Part shown: positions 10,514 to 23,771 of the stretch, piece after piece
How positions within the stretch are numbered: the stretch's first letter is position 1
How the letters are laid out: each line of letters begins with the position of its first letter
NCBI GenBank assembly: GCA_051362555.1
Contig: CM120645.1
Coordinates: 13,826,001 to 13,890,000, forward strand
Origin: Lingula anatina
Taxonomy: Eukaryota; Animalia; Brachiopoda
DNA length: 64,000 bases
Direction of reading: 5' to 3'
Position numbers and translations under genes: made by a program
Notes under the pieces: model-generated
The model's input: only the letters and a program-made list of their open reading frames with translations
Databases searched by the model: none
What the model was told of the DNA's origin: nothing

Positions 10514-12362
10514 TCAATTTGTGTACAAATCCTCAGAGGACAAAGTCACCATGGTAGCCGGTTCAGGAATCTCATGACCTGGATCTGGTCCTGTCATGGC
10601 TGACATCAGCGCCCCTGTGTGGCCAATGGTATCAACAGCGCTGTTCACATATTCCTCTGTGTGTGGTGTGGCAGATGTAGTCACTGTTTGTATAACATCA
10701 ACTGGATTCCGTGTTTGAAGCATGGAGATGAACTGCTGGTGATTGGTGGAGGATGCTTAAATGTAGAATAATGTTATTTTTCACAACTATTTGAAAATGG
10801 CGAAAAATTTGGATTTACAGAAAACAGATCCCAAAAACTGACTGAATGTTTGATTATGTGTTGCAAAACCAGTGTTTTACAATTTTTTTTCATTCAGTTA
10901 AAAAAATAACATTAAGGTTGATTCTGAAACTAAATAATTTTTATGCAACTGTACACATGAACATTGAGAAACAAAAATAAATACATTGCAATTTCACATA
11001 TTCTTTTTTATCTGTCACTTTTAAAATGTTCTCTGAATTTGTTACTTCCTGTGTATAAAGGACTTCATTTACCCATTTCATCCTTAATAACAAAAGTCAC
11101 TGATGGCTGTGGACTGTCTTGGGCCTGACCTAGAGTGCCCCCTGTTGGGAATTGTGACAATAAAAGGCAGCGGAGACCTAAAAAATAAAGGTCATACATG
11201 TAACAGTCACTTCACTTCAATAATAGTATGTTACTTACAAAGAAAATCTGTAACACACAATGTATTTTAAATTTCCTTCAATACTTTATGTTATTATAAA
11301 ACCACAAAATTAATATTAAACTCACTCTGTTGAGGTTCTCTGTTGTCATGCTTTTTCTCATGTTTCAGAGCAGACGACCTGTCAGAAAACTTGGCGCCAC
11401 ATATTTTACAGCCAAATGGCTTCTCTCCAGTGTGAATGTGCATGTGCTCTTTGAGATAATGAAGGCGAGTAAACGTCTTTGGACAAAATGTACACAAGAA
11501 AGGCCTTTCCCCTGTATGTTTTTTCTGGTGTCTATTTAAGTCACCTGCAACAAGGAAAAAGTCAATGAAGCTGTAACATGCCCATAAAAATTAACATCAA
11601 ATTCCATACTTAAAAAAATAACAATAATCGTAACAGTGTTTCTCGACGTACAATCCTTAAATTTGAAGTTTAGGGTGTGGCTACCATCACTAACAATACA
11701 ATAAATCATAACAATACAATGTCCCATATTAAACAAAATTAAATATCTGACATGAGAAGCACCTTTAAGTTACCTTTATTAACAAACTTCATAGGACACT
11801 CCTCACACTTGTAATTGCGTATATTTTTATGGCGACGCACGTGCGCCTGCAGGTGTGTTTTCTGTGCAAAGGCTTTCCCACACCAGTCACAAAGGTGATT
11901 CTTCTGGTTAACATGGGTGGCAAGGTGACTCTTTAGGCTGCCTGACTGTATAAATGCCTTGCCACATAGTGTGCATCTGATAATTAAATAAAATTTATTA
12001 ATGATTAAAAATAAATTAATTTCAGCTGCATTTGTTTATTATAGCAGACAATGTCGCAATTTTAAGTTTGAAATATTTAAGGCAACCTTGCAGCTTTATT
12101 TGTAAAAATACCCTTCATCTTTTAATAGGGGCAAATTGTTTTACTTTCAGAGTGTCTATATATACAAGCTTTATGATTTTTAACACCAAAAAATGATACT
12201 CAGAACTAGAACCCATGAGACACTTTTCAAAATTTCACTGTAAGATATGCCATTATAACTTTTATTATGAAACACGTTTCATGGTTCACCTTAAAAACCA
12301 ATATAAGTGTCAGAGTAGTCATACTGCTGATTACATATTGCATATTGGGGCGAATTTGTTCA

Positions 12363-12398
<36 letters not shown>

Positions 12399-12626
12399 CA
12401 CACAAAAGGCCTATCTCCTGTGTGTTTCCTCATGTGTATCTTCAAACTGCCATTCTCTGTGAAGCACTGATGGCACTCCGGGCATTCGTATGGCTTGCTA
12501 CCAGTGTGGGTCCTCTCATGACGGAGCATGTTGGACTTGATACTGAAGTCTTTGTTACATACTGAACATCGAAATGGTCTCTCACCAGTGTGTTGTCTCA
12601 TGTGCACTACAAGACAAAATATTCAT

Positions 12627-12664
<38 letters not shown>

Positions 12665-15600
12665 AGCATAAATTTATACATTTTAAGGCCAAATTTTCAT
12701 TGTTGAACATTGCATTCAAAGGCCAATTTCTTGCTTTCCTCATCCCCAAATGCCTTGAAATGATCACTTAAGAACAAATCAGAACACACAACACCCATAT
12801 TTTGACAGTGAATGATGGTATTGCAAACTGGGCGTTTTTGAAATTATATTATTCTGTCGCAGTGTGTAAATGACATTCAATATTCCCAAATACAATACAC
12901 TTTTCAATAATTGTCTTATTTATAAATAGATTTAATAACATTAACTGTGACTGCATATGGGATTTGAAGAGTCTTAACAATGACCTTACAAAGCAACTAT
13001 AATCTCACCACTAAAAGGGCTAAAAGTGTAACAAATTAACTAAAAGTGTAACAAATGAATTAAAAACACACTCACAATACAGTGACCCTGTCCCTGAGAA
13101 AACCTTGCCACATTCTTTGCACTGAATGGAAGTGCTCCGCTTCACTCTTGGCATGTTAGGTGCTTTATTCATCTTTTCTTCTTTCTCTCTTTCCTGCTCC
13201 TTGTTTGCTTCTTCCTCGCCCATGCACTGCCTGCGGTGTTTGCACATGTTGCTACGAACAAGGAAGCTCCTGTAGCAGCCTACGCACTTGTGAGATTTGA
13301 TGCCAGCATGGGACTTCATGTGCACTATGGAGATATAATAATTATTACACACTGTTGTAGAATTAATCAAATGTAATCAATGACAAAAATAAAAAATTAA
13401 ATACTTACAAGTGTACCGAATAAACTGTAGTACCGTCAGTAATATAGAATATTTTTAGGTGGATTTATCGAAGAATGTTATGCACCTCATGGCCAGAAAA
13501 AGGAGTGAACCATTGTTCTTGAGGAATTTGGACTTGAGCATGAATTATTGAGCAAGATCAAAGAAAGAAAGGTTATTTTTCTGGGCCACCAACCACGACT
13601 AAAAATATCAGAGTTGTTAACATCAACATTTCAAAGCATGCCGATAAAGGGAAAATGTGGCAGGCAGATGGAAGACCAACATACATGTCTGCATCTAAAC
13701 AAACAAAGAAGAGATTTTTTGCCCCCTTATCCCTCTCAAGTTTGTTCCCTTAACAAGTTAGCTTCCAACAGGCACTGTGAGAGGGGATGAGCATTTACTA
13801 GCATTCTTTGACACTCACCACTGAGAGCTGACCTATGTGACAGGTATTTTCCACACAGGTGACATTTGGGTTTCCCCTGGGCCTCGGCTGCTTGGGCATC
13901 TGGATTGAAAAGTGTTCAAAATATCATATCTAGTCATTTATCGATGTACATCAGGCCCATAACCAGGGGGGATGGGGGGTTTAAAAAACCCACCTTTTTT
14001 TCTGGGAAAGGTCTACTCTGGTTACCCTAGGTTCTAGATTCCGGTATTGCCAGCTCGATCTTGATTTCATATATAACCCATATTAGCAATACCAGGCTCT
14101 AGCGAACAGCGGCAATCAACTCGGGGACGTTCTTCTTCAAAATTCTGCCTGGGGCGCTTCCATATTTGGAAGTCACACGTCACAGCTGTGTCTGCTTGGA
14201 TCCATATTTGGAAGTCAAAAGTCTCGTACGTCACAGGTTTGGCCGCCTGGAGCTGCCTTTCCCGCCTTGCGCTGAAGTTATCTCGAGCACACGAGACAAG
14301 AAGCAATTAAAGTGCCTGACGCGGAGTTAGAAGTTTGAATTGAAAATATCTTGCAGTCGAAGGTCAGTGCCACAATACAAGCAACATTCTGCTGTAAAAA
14401 CTGATTTTTGTGTAGCCCTTATAGTGGTATCAGGCATACAGTGTAGCTGTCAAATTTGGCACATGGCAAGCACGTGTATTGTGCACGTGTATATCTCAGG
14501 ACTAAATGTTCTTTGATAAGCAAAAAATACAAAAACATTGGATATATCTTTTCTTTTCGAAGAATATTATTCATTTTTTCATTTATTCTTTAAATACAGT
14601 AAATAAAATTAAATAAAGCAGAATTAAATTTGTTTTAAGTTTCATTTTGGTCTAATGACATTCAACTGCAGTTTCACTGCGGAGCAGTTCTATTTGACTG
14701 ACGGAAGCCTAACATGGCCGCTGGTCTTCAGAGCTAGTAACAAGGCAGCAAAGCTGTCGAATGTACAGACAAAGAACAGAAAATAAAGATGCAAATAAGT
14801 GAAAAATTAAATTTTCACAAAAAACTGTTAAATTGCCAGAAAAATTTACCAAACAGACTGTGTTGCCAATTGAAGCTGTATGTTAGACCCATGTTTCTTT
14901 CCTGTAAGTTTGAGAACAGTAAGTGACATGATTTCCCTTAAATGGTCATCATAGGAGCAGTGCCCAAAATAGGGGTTTCTTCAAATTTTGATGCAACATT
15001 ACATAATGTTTAACAGCATAATGACAATCAAATGTTATTAATAAAATATTAGTAACATGGACATTCAGAAAATGTGACAAGCAAAAGTCTTCAAGATCAT
15101 GGAACTTTAAAGTCACACCTTGAAAATGCCAATATGTGAAAAACTAAATTTTCACAAAAAACTGTTAAACTGCCAAAAAAATAAATAAATAAATAAATAA
15201 AAATACCAAACAGACTGCATTGCCTACTGAAGCTGTATTTTAGTCCCATGTTTCTTTCCTGTAAGTTTGAGAACAGTAAGTGACATGATTTTCCTTAAAT
15301 GGTCATCATGGAAGCAGTGCCCAAAATAGGGGTTTCTTCAAATTTTGATGCAATATTACATAATGTTTAACAGCTTAATGACCATCAATTTTTAATTATA
15401 AAATATTAGTATCACAGATATTCAGAAAATGTGACTAGCAAAGGTCTTCAGGCCCATGGAACTTCAAAGTCACGCCTTGAAAATGCCAAAATGTAAACAA
15501 GACAGCACTGTTCTGAAATGGGTTTATTTCCATTTTTAACACTTTTTTAACATAAAACAAAATAAACATTTTACTGCCATTTTATATGACCAACTAAGAA

Positions 15601-18600
15601 AATTGATGAGATGGGAAAAGTATCAATAGAACAGTGTTAAATGTCCAATTTCCTCCATTCTGAGATTCTGAACATAGTAGATGATTGAATCTGACAAACT
15701 GCAATGATATAAGTTTATTTCCATTTTTGACACTTTGTTACACAATACATGATAACAAGTTTACCATGTTTTTTACATAATCAACTAACAATGTTGTAAA
15801 GATGCAGGAAATATCAAACAAACACTTTTAGGCATCTTATTAGTTAAATAATGAGACTGTTAACATGCCTAATAATTGAATCTGAGGAAATGTGAAAAAC
15901 AGTATAACTTCTAAAATAATGGCCCGATTATGCTTATTTTCTAACTCAACCTGCGTTTTAGTAAGATTGACCACTCCTGTGAGTATAATTACAATTGGCC
16001 AATCCGTTTTTCTTATATTGTGTTATCAGTGTTGTATTTATATTGAAAATAGTGAAAAAACAGCATAAATTCCCTAAAAATGGCCTAATCATGCTGATTT
16101 TCGAACTTGACCTGCGTATTATGAATATTCATCAGTTCTGTAAGTTTCAAGTCAAAAGGTAAAATGGTTTTCCACTTATCGTGTTATCGGTGCTGCATAT
16201 ATGCTGAAAAAAGTGAAAAAACAGCATAAATTCCCTAAAAGTGACCCGATCATGCTGATTTTCGAACTTGACCTGTGTATTATGAATATTCATCAGTTCT
16301 GTAAGTTTCAAGTCAAAAGGTAAAATGGTTTTCCACTTATCGTGTTATCGGTGCTGCATATATGCTGAAAAAAGTGAAAAAACAGCATAAATTCCCTAAA
16401 AGTGACCCGATCATGCTGATTTTCGAACTTGACCTGCGTATTATGAATATTCATCAGTTCTGCAAGTTTCAAGTCAAAAGGTAAAATGGTTTTCCACTTA
16501 TCGTGTTATCGGTAAAAGTGCACGGCGACGACGACGGCGACGACGACAGACGCAGATGATGGCTATATGTACAGACACATCTGTGTCTGTACATAAAAAT
16601 GACTCCAAGGTATATTTAATATTTACAAGCTAATTTTTTACGTTGCTCTGACACTCAGGGTAACTCTGGTACAAAAGGCTTTCATGGTTAAAAGTCCACT
16701 TTTTCAGAAAAGGAATCCCCTTTTTGAATTGCTGTCTACAAGCCTGTAAATGACATTTTAGTCCTATTACTGGTTTACATTTCAGTCTTGTTAATGTTGT
16801 TGCATCCTTCCATTTGAGACTTCCACTGAGAATACAGGTGGAAACTAATTATGAGCCTTAACAAAGAGGGTGCTTGTGGCTCCATCTATCCAGGACATAA
16901 TACAGAGTGATCCAACATCTACTGCACAGAAAATGTAACAAGTTTAAGAATATTTTCACCTGTATTCTCAGTAGACCAGCCAAAATGTTCAAATCCGAAA
17001 CTTAATGTTGGATTGTAAAAAAACCTCGGATGGTGAAAAAATTTAAAATAAAAATTATGCTTACTCCTGCAGGCTTTTATGTGGCTAGAAAGATGGGATT
17101 TGAAATGAAAACTTTGGCCACACAGGTCACAGGTTAAGGCTGGGTCTCCATTATGAACCTTCATGTGATCTGGGGAAAGACAAGTTAATTCTGAAATACA
17201 TGAACATCACATAATAAACTACAGGTTAACAGTTTATATCACTAGTGGGCTGGATTTGGTCTTAAAGTGCAATTTAAGTTCACAAATGATCTTACACAAT
17301 CTTAATCATTACAGCAGTAGTCTTAAAATGGACTGAATCTGCTTTTAAGATCAAAAATGATCTAACATCTACTTAAGTGGTCAAGCAGTTCCCTCCCCTC
17401 ACAATGGGGGACACCTCCCCTCACAATAGAGGACACCTTTGCTCACAATAGGAGAATGTGTAAGGGGAGACAACTTAATTGACTGTCAGACTGGAAATGG
17501 TCTTACTCATGTTTTAAGATCATGTAAGACTATTTGTGTTCTTAAATTGTATTTTAAGACCATATCAAGCCCACTAGTGTATGTACATTAGAAGGAAAAA
17601 CTACTAAATCAACAAAAATGATAATCTTTATCTATCGATCTGCATGTAACATTATCATAAACACAATTAAATCCCTCATGCATGTCCTCCTTGAATTATT
17701 CACACTCTTTAAAATGTGTAAAAAAGCTGCCAGACTCTAAGAGATATTCATTTACAAATTATTATCAACCTGATACCTACAAAGATTAAAAACCTACCAC
17801 TCAAGGCAGTCTGACTCTTCAAAACTGTGCTACAAACTGGGCAGGTCTTGTCGGGTCCAAGATCATCTTCTACTTGTGCAGCGCCATCTACACTTTCTTC
17901 ACAATTTTCATCTTTGCTCGAGAAGCTTGAAGCTGGAGAGTCTGGAAATTATAGTTTGTTTATCTGGATTTTAATATACTGTACATTATCAATGGAAAGA
18001 AAAAATATTTTACATGATCACTTCACTTTAGCATTATCTACCAATAGATTTTTTTGAACAATTTGAAAATCCAAATCAATTTTCATGTTAGGCAATATGT
18101 ACAGTAGTACCTGGTATATTCATTTTGTTGATGTACATGCATGTATATATAACTATCAAATCCTCCAATAAAAAAATGATTACACCAGGCAAACACTGTC
18201 CAAGAAAAAAGTCAAAAAATAAACTGAAGAGATCAAATATCGCAACTCACTTTGAAATTAATCAGTTTCCTGTGAAAGATCTTAGATTAAGATTGCGGCA
18301 TTGGATTCATCTTAACTATTAAGCAGCATTTTTATCCACTTATATTCATTATTCACTTTTGTTTGATGACTAAAACATTCATTTGTATGTTAAAAAATAG
18401 GTTATAAAAACATTTATAACTATACAGAACATACCACCTCTGTCCCCGCCTGCCAGTTTCATCCTGCACTTGCTGACGTGACGCTTCCAGTTACTCTTCA
18501 CAGCCCAGCACTTGCTGCACTTGGGACATTTGTACGGTTTATACTCTGAGTGAACACGCATGTGAACTGAAATATAATGTATAGGAACTGTTACATATTA

Positions 18601-21048
18601 ATGTGTGGCTAAGACCCACTCAACTGTTAAAACATGGGTCCTTTTCACACTGAGCGATATACTTTGTGATAAGTCTGTGCAAGTTGGTTAATTGTGTTAT
18701 GGGAGGTCCTGTATAACCCTTTTGGTCTCTGGAGATTTTACTCAGGCTGTGTTCAGAATAAAAGTTAATCAATCTTTCTCAGCTGGAGTTCTACAATTGC
18801 AAATTTTCCGCAACATCAGAATCTGCTGGTTTAACACGTTTGGAAGCAAGGTTGTCCCAGGTATTGCTTTAAGCTTCCTTACTGGGTGACAAATAAGAGG
18901 GGATAATAAATATTAATGCATTCTGGTTTTAATTTCAGAAAGGTCAATTTTAAATAAGTGAGGTAGTAGAGGTTTTACAATAAATTCAATTATTACAGAA
19001 TGAAAAAACTGTGGAGCACCTACTGTTTAATGAAGATGTATTGCAGAGAATCTTCCCACATTCTTTACATGTTTTCTTCTTGGAACTTGCATTACATGCT
19101 CCTTCTAAACCTTCAGACATATTTACAAGTTGTTGATCTTTATCCATTGTAAAAACTTTCAAATTGTCAGGATTCTTATTTTCAGCCTTAAATTCACCAA
19201 ATTCTTTTATTTTATCGGTTCTTTCTTTGGAAAATATTCCGAAGCTTTCTTGGATATGTTCCCCCATAGTACAGCCATCTACAAGTTCACAACTTTTGGT
19301 TGGCTGCTTGTCAAGACCCAAAATCTCTTTTTCTACTACTGTTGGTTGTTCAGTACTGTGACTGTTTATTTGAGTAAATTTTCTAAATGCATGTCTGGTC
19401 TGATATCTTGTTCTCCCCAATGTGCTGCTATCACTCTCTTTAGCACTATGACTCTCATCTGAGTGAGCAGCTGTGATACTGTGAATGCCAGCGTTCTCAG
19501 ACTCAGTCAGGTGATCCCAGACTGGTGAAACTGTGGTACATACAAGGTCGGTCTTTTTCTGACTTATACATTTTAAACAAGTCGCCGAAGAAGTACTAGT
19601 ACCAGAATTATTTGCCATTCCATGTGAACTTATCTCAGATTCCACCTCCATTCTTTCTGTTCTTGCTTTGGAAGTTCTGTATAGTTCATTTTGTGGCCCA
19701 ATCATCGCATCTTCTTTACATACACCTTGTAAGAGATTCAGAATTTTTTCTGTAAAGGCCTTCCACAACAACCATGCTTCTTTCCCTTTCTCCTGTGGCA
19801 AAGTCTTCACAATTGAAATGGCATGTTCTAACTGAAAAGAAGCAAAATATCTTCAGGATTAAATTTGAAGCATACTAGTAAAATAAAATACTATAAAAAA
19901 GCAAGTTCATAAAACATTTTATAACTCTGAGGCTGTGGAGTCACTTGAGTGTCAAACAGTGCAACATACTGTATATGCCACCTCGGCCCATTTCTGGCAA
20001 CTATTAGTATTTGCAAGGACCTGTTTTGTCTTACTTAATTCCTCTTAATTCCAAACAGATATCTCTTCCTAGATTGCTACTGCATTTAGATGCAGAGAGA
20101 GAGAGAGAGAGGGAGAGATTGAGAGAGAGAGAGAGAGAGAGTGGCATCCGTTTCATAAGTTGAAAAATTATAATCCTTCACCTACTGTAAAAAAAGTAAC
20201 ACCAATTACTTTATATGACAAATCATTAAACCAGTGTTACTTAATTGATACATTAAGGCTTCGTTCACATGCAATGCCTATTTTCTAAATTCTGTTTTCT
20301 ATTTGCGGCATGTCTTATGATCACGGTCTGTGCACTGAATATCCCGCCGCGTAATTACTGGCAGCGCGAGCCAGTTACTATAAGTTACTATAAGTAACTG
20401 GCTCGCGCTGCCAGTTACGCGGCGGGATATTCAGTGGACAGACCGTGATCATAAGATAGTGCGAATAGAAAATAGAATTTAGAAAATAGACATTGCATGC
20501 GAACGAAGCCTAACTTAGACCACAGCCTAAAGTACAGGTTATGTATGTTTACTGATAGTTCAAAATTATTCTAGTAAGGTGCAGGATTAATATGGGACTA
20601 TAACTGTCCTGTTGGATGATACATACACTCAAATAATTGATGACAGCAAAAATAATTACTGAAAAGTGTTGACAAATTTAAACACATGAAAAAATAAATA
20701 AACAAAGAAACGAGATATACTGTACTAGTACAGCTGTATTTCTATACCAAAACAAACAGGTTTTTTTTTTCTAATACTGGGTACTTAGGTTTCTGAGGAA
20801 GTAAATATATACTTTCGTCAATGTGGTTCAAGGTACATTCCCCTTGAAACCCCAACTGATGCGTCAAACTCAGACTGCAATAGGATTGATACAGGTGACA
20901 GGCCTCCGAATCGGACTTGTCTTCATGCAACCACCCCTCCCCACCCCCTCTCTCAAGACTATAGGTCCAGGCTCACCGTCTCTATGAGTACAGCAAGGTC
21001 TCCCTTTCGGTACTCCCATTCCAGCGAAGATTCTGCAATTTGATTCAT
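10514..21048 (-). CDS. Multi-zinc-finger protein, 14 fingers: three C2H2+C2HC pairs then eight tandem C2H2 fingers
   Basis: Phase-compatible GT-AG exons: 21048-20977 (start tentative), 19831-19024, 18566-18435, 17941-17798, 17169-17065, 13899-13819, 13324-13076, 12606-12402, 11976-11774, 11544-11326, ~11177-11073 (acceptor ambiguous), 10755-10514. Canonical HTGE(R/K)PF linkers in the C-terminal array. Confidence 0.85.
14739..16599. mobile_element. Helentron-associated non-autonomous element (HINE/DINE-1-like) with internal tandem repeats
   Basis: Begins aacaagg; atgtacagaca at 14761 matches an arm of the palindrome tatgtacagacac-atct-gtgtctgtacata (16566-16595); internal ~340-bp dimer (14799-15489) and 161-bp repeats; (GAC)n-like microsatellite at 16523-16553; ends in an A run. 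Confidence 0.75.
15890..16512. repeat. 161-bp tandem repeat array, three near-identical copies plus one diverged copy
   Basis: cagcataaattccctaaaa recurs at 16061, 16222 and 16383. Confidence 0.9.
16825..16972. repeat. Short element with a 16-bp perfect inverted repeat
   Basis: actgagaatacaggtg (16825-16840) and cacctgtattctcagt (16957-16972). Confidence 0.5.
17240..17579. mobile_element. CACTA-like MITE
   Basis: Termini cactagtgggct...agcccactagtg, ~70-bp imperfect TIRs, flanked by tat on both sides (3-bp TSD). Confidence 0.7.
20257..20510. mobile_element. PIF/Harbinger (Tourist-like) palindromic MITE
   Basis: ggcttcgttcacatgcaatg...cattgcatgcgaacgaagcc, self-complementary over nearly its whole length, TAA on both flanks. 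Confidence 0.85.
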
Positions 21049-21569
21049 GTGCTGAGCAATAAATCCTAATAGTTCCTAATGCATTTTAGTAGACAATGTG
21101 TACGGACACAAAGTGGTGCAGTGGTAAATGGTAAATGTAAAGCCCACTTTTATCCGGAGTCTTAGTTTCGCTCTAGGACAACCTGCCTGAAGATGGCGCT
21201 TCGTTTTTTTTTTTTTTTTTTCGCCCTGATGCAAAGCCCGAGTTGCAAGTTGTTGCATGTTGATTTTTAACAGGTCCATTGGTTTGTTCCTGGTCATTAT
21301 GACAACGCCACACTTTTGAGTGTTCTTGTCACCGCCGATGAGATCAGATCAAGCCTTTCATGCACCCACCACAGTAGTTTTTGAGCTGGTGGAAAAAAAA
21401 AAAAACGTGCATAGCAAGCAGAGAGTAGGCCTACTGTAGGCCAGGCATCTTTTTATACCCACCTTTGATTTTCGGTATTAAGTTATTAGCCTACATTTAT
21501 TTGTATGGTGACTTGAGCAATGTCTCATCCATTCAAATCAATTAGTTTGGCAATTCATTAACTAACCTA

Positions 21570-21621
<52 letters not shown>

Positions 21622-22064
21622 TGAAATTACCTACCATCAAATCGAACAATTGATGGGATGATAAAGGAATGTAGGGCCTACTGTAATCTCATTGGTTAAA
21701 TAGCTTGAAAATATTATGAAAAATACAGAATAATAATTAGTTTATTTCTAAGCTTATTCATTTGAATACTCGAGACAATATTGATCGAAGTCACCACATT
21801 ATTTAATTTTGATTAAACAAATAAGAAAGCTACAGGCTGGGGGGTGGGGGGATAGGCCCTGCTGCAAAAGTAACGAACATGGGCGGTGACTATACCGCAT
21901 ACCTCGTCGGTCTTGTTAGATTTAGAGTTTCCTCAATCCTACTGCAAATTGACCTTCTTTTCTTCCGTCATCCGTTACCTCTTTTGAAAGAGATGAGGTT
22001 GATTCTTTGCCAATGGATCACAATCTTATCACTTTTTTTCCTGAAAATTTCACGCATAACGTTA

Positions 22065-22244
22065 CAGGCCCCGTAGCCGGGGGGGGGGGGGGGGGGAGGG
22101 GGGGGGGGAAGAACCCCTCTTTTTGCCGGGTAAAAATCCCCTCAGGGAAAAATTTAATCTAGGTACACGAAGGTTTCATGGTGAAAGGTCCACTTTTTCA
22201 TAAAAACAAAGAACCCCCTTTTGAAATTACTGGCTACGGGCCTG
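22065..22244. mobile_element. MITE with caggccc(c)gtagcc...ggctacgggcctg termini
   Basis: Terminal inverted repeats, poly-G after the left end; same family as the split copy at 13952-16746. Confidence 0.7.
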
Positions 22245-22884
22245 CATGATTAGGCTCCTACTACACGGCACTAGTTTACTTAATAAGAAGCGCTGGAAAA
22301 TGAATAAGGGTAATAGCAGTGAGACTGACTCGTTGCAAAAATAAAAAAAATAAAAAAAATAATAAAAATAATACTAAAATGAAAAATAAAAAGTAATTAT
22401 ATAAGCCACTTAAATTGTGATAAGTTCAAAAAAGGAAATTGCGGCTGTTCGCAATCTTTGAATGCGGTCTCAATTAACGGTGCTTTCGCACATACTAGTC
22501 CAATATAGACATTTGCCCAGAAAATATTGTTAATGCTGGTCAGTTTGACATGATTTAGTGGACATGTTATGGATGGAAAATATTTCTCTTTATTTCCCCC
22601 TCAAATAGACCTATTTTTAAATAATTTAAAATTTTAGATTCTAATAAGTTCTTTCGCTAATTAGTTTCTAATTATAAAATGCGATACAGTTGTAGGCAAT
22701 CATCATTAACTTTGAATTATATATGGACTCTATCTTATCATTTAATCTTGTACGATATGCACAGTGTATAACTTAATTGAGATATCCTAAGCAGTTGATG
22801 TTGCGATGACAGCGGATACAACAACAACTTGATAATATTCCCTATGGACCGCCCACATTTCTTCCTCTCACTTCCCCCTTCTCA

Positions 22885-22930
<46 letters not shown>

Positions 22931-23734
22931 AAGTAATCAAACAACTTTTGAACGGAAGAGAGGTTTTAAATAATAAATGGCTGGTGCTAACAAGGCCGTT
23001 TATCGGATGTAACCATCGATTGCGCCACAGTTTACTCTCCCTTATGCAATGTGACAAACCCAGGCCGATTAAAATTCATCGATTGTGTACGGTTATGATT
23101 CCCACAGGTATAAAAAAATAGAAAACGGGTCGCACGCAAATGCGCATGTATTCCCATTGCAATTAATGTCGATTGCATAAGTTCAATGTTTAATGGTCTT
23201 TTGTGTTATAAGCCGATCTCACTTATGTTCTAAAATGCAGTTGACGCAAATTGACTCTCTCGCTCTCTCTTCAGTCAATATTTTTATTTGATTCATTTTA
23301 TCAACCTTTTACAAAATTTTAATCACAATTTTCTCAATTATATATAATATTTATAATCAACGTGTCTTTGCGATATTCTGTATAAAATATAGGCCTGCAA
23401 TAGAATGCTTTGAACTGAGGCCTAACTTGACTGCCATCTGAAGCAAACCACCCAGTATAGTCTGATGTTGTTTTTGCATGTTGTTATTTACTGGTTAAAC
23501 CTTCTGGGGACTCTATCCCTAGATGGCATGATGAAGGGTTTTAGACATCGGCGCCTAGTGCTCAGATCAACGGTACTACCCCGTGGATTATCACGACTGT
23601 CTCGCTTCCACCTTCCTGTCCTACTGGAAGGAATACTCTGATATCAGTTTTGGTCATAGAGAGAATTATCGCCATTGTTGTGGTTATTTCGTAAACACAA
23701 CGCAGACGTCTGTCGGTTAAAAGTCTCTCTCTCT

Positions 23735-23771
<37 letters not shown>

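Larger units (their letters stand above)
14023..16662. mobile_element. Non-autonomous DNA element with 8-bp TSD (hAT-like TSD length)
   Basis: Termini taccct...agggta flanked by the direct repeat actctggt at 14015-14022 and 16663-16670. Confidence 0.7.
13952..16746. mobile_element. CAGGCCCGTAGCC-type MITE split by a nested insertion
   Basis: Left part caggcccataaccagggggg (13952) and right part ttcatggttaaaagtccactttttca...ctacaagcctg (16746) match the two halves of the uninterrupted copy at 22065-22244. Confidence 0.65.

Noticed and set aside
16034-16512. CRISPR-like array
   Set aside because: Head-to-tail 161-bp units with no unique spacers, in a eukaryotic transposon context.
21903-21971. 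Possible first coding exon of the zinc-finger gene (ATG ACG GAA GAA... ending GAG|gtatgc)
   Set aside because: In-frame TAG and TGA before the donor; at most a 5' UTR exon with a uORF.
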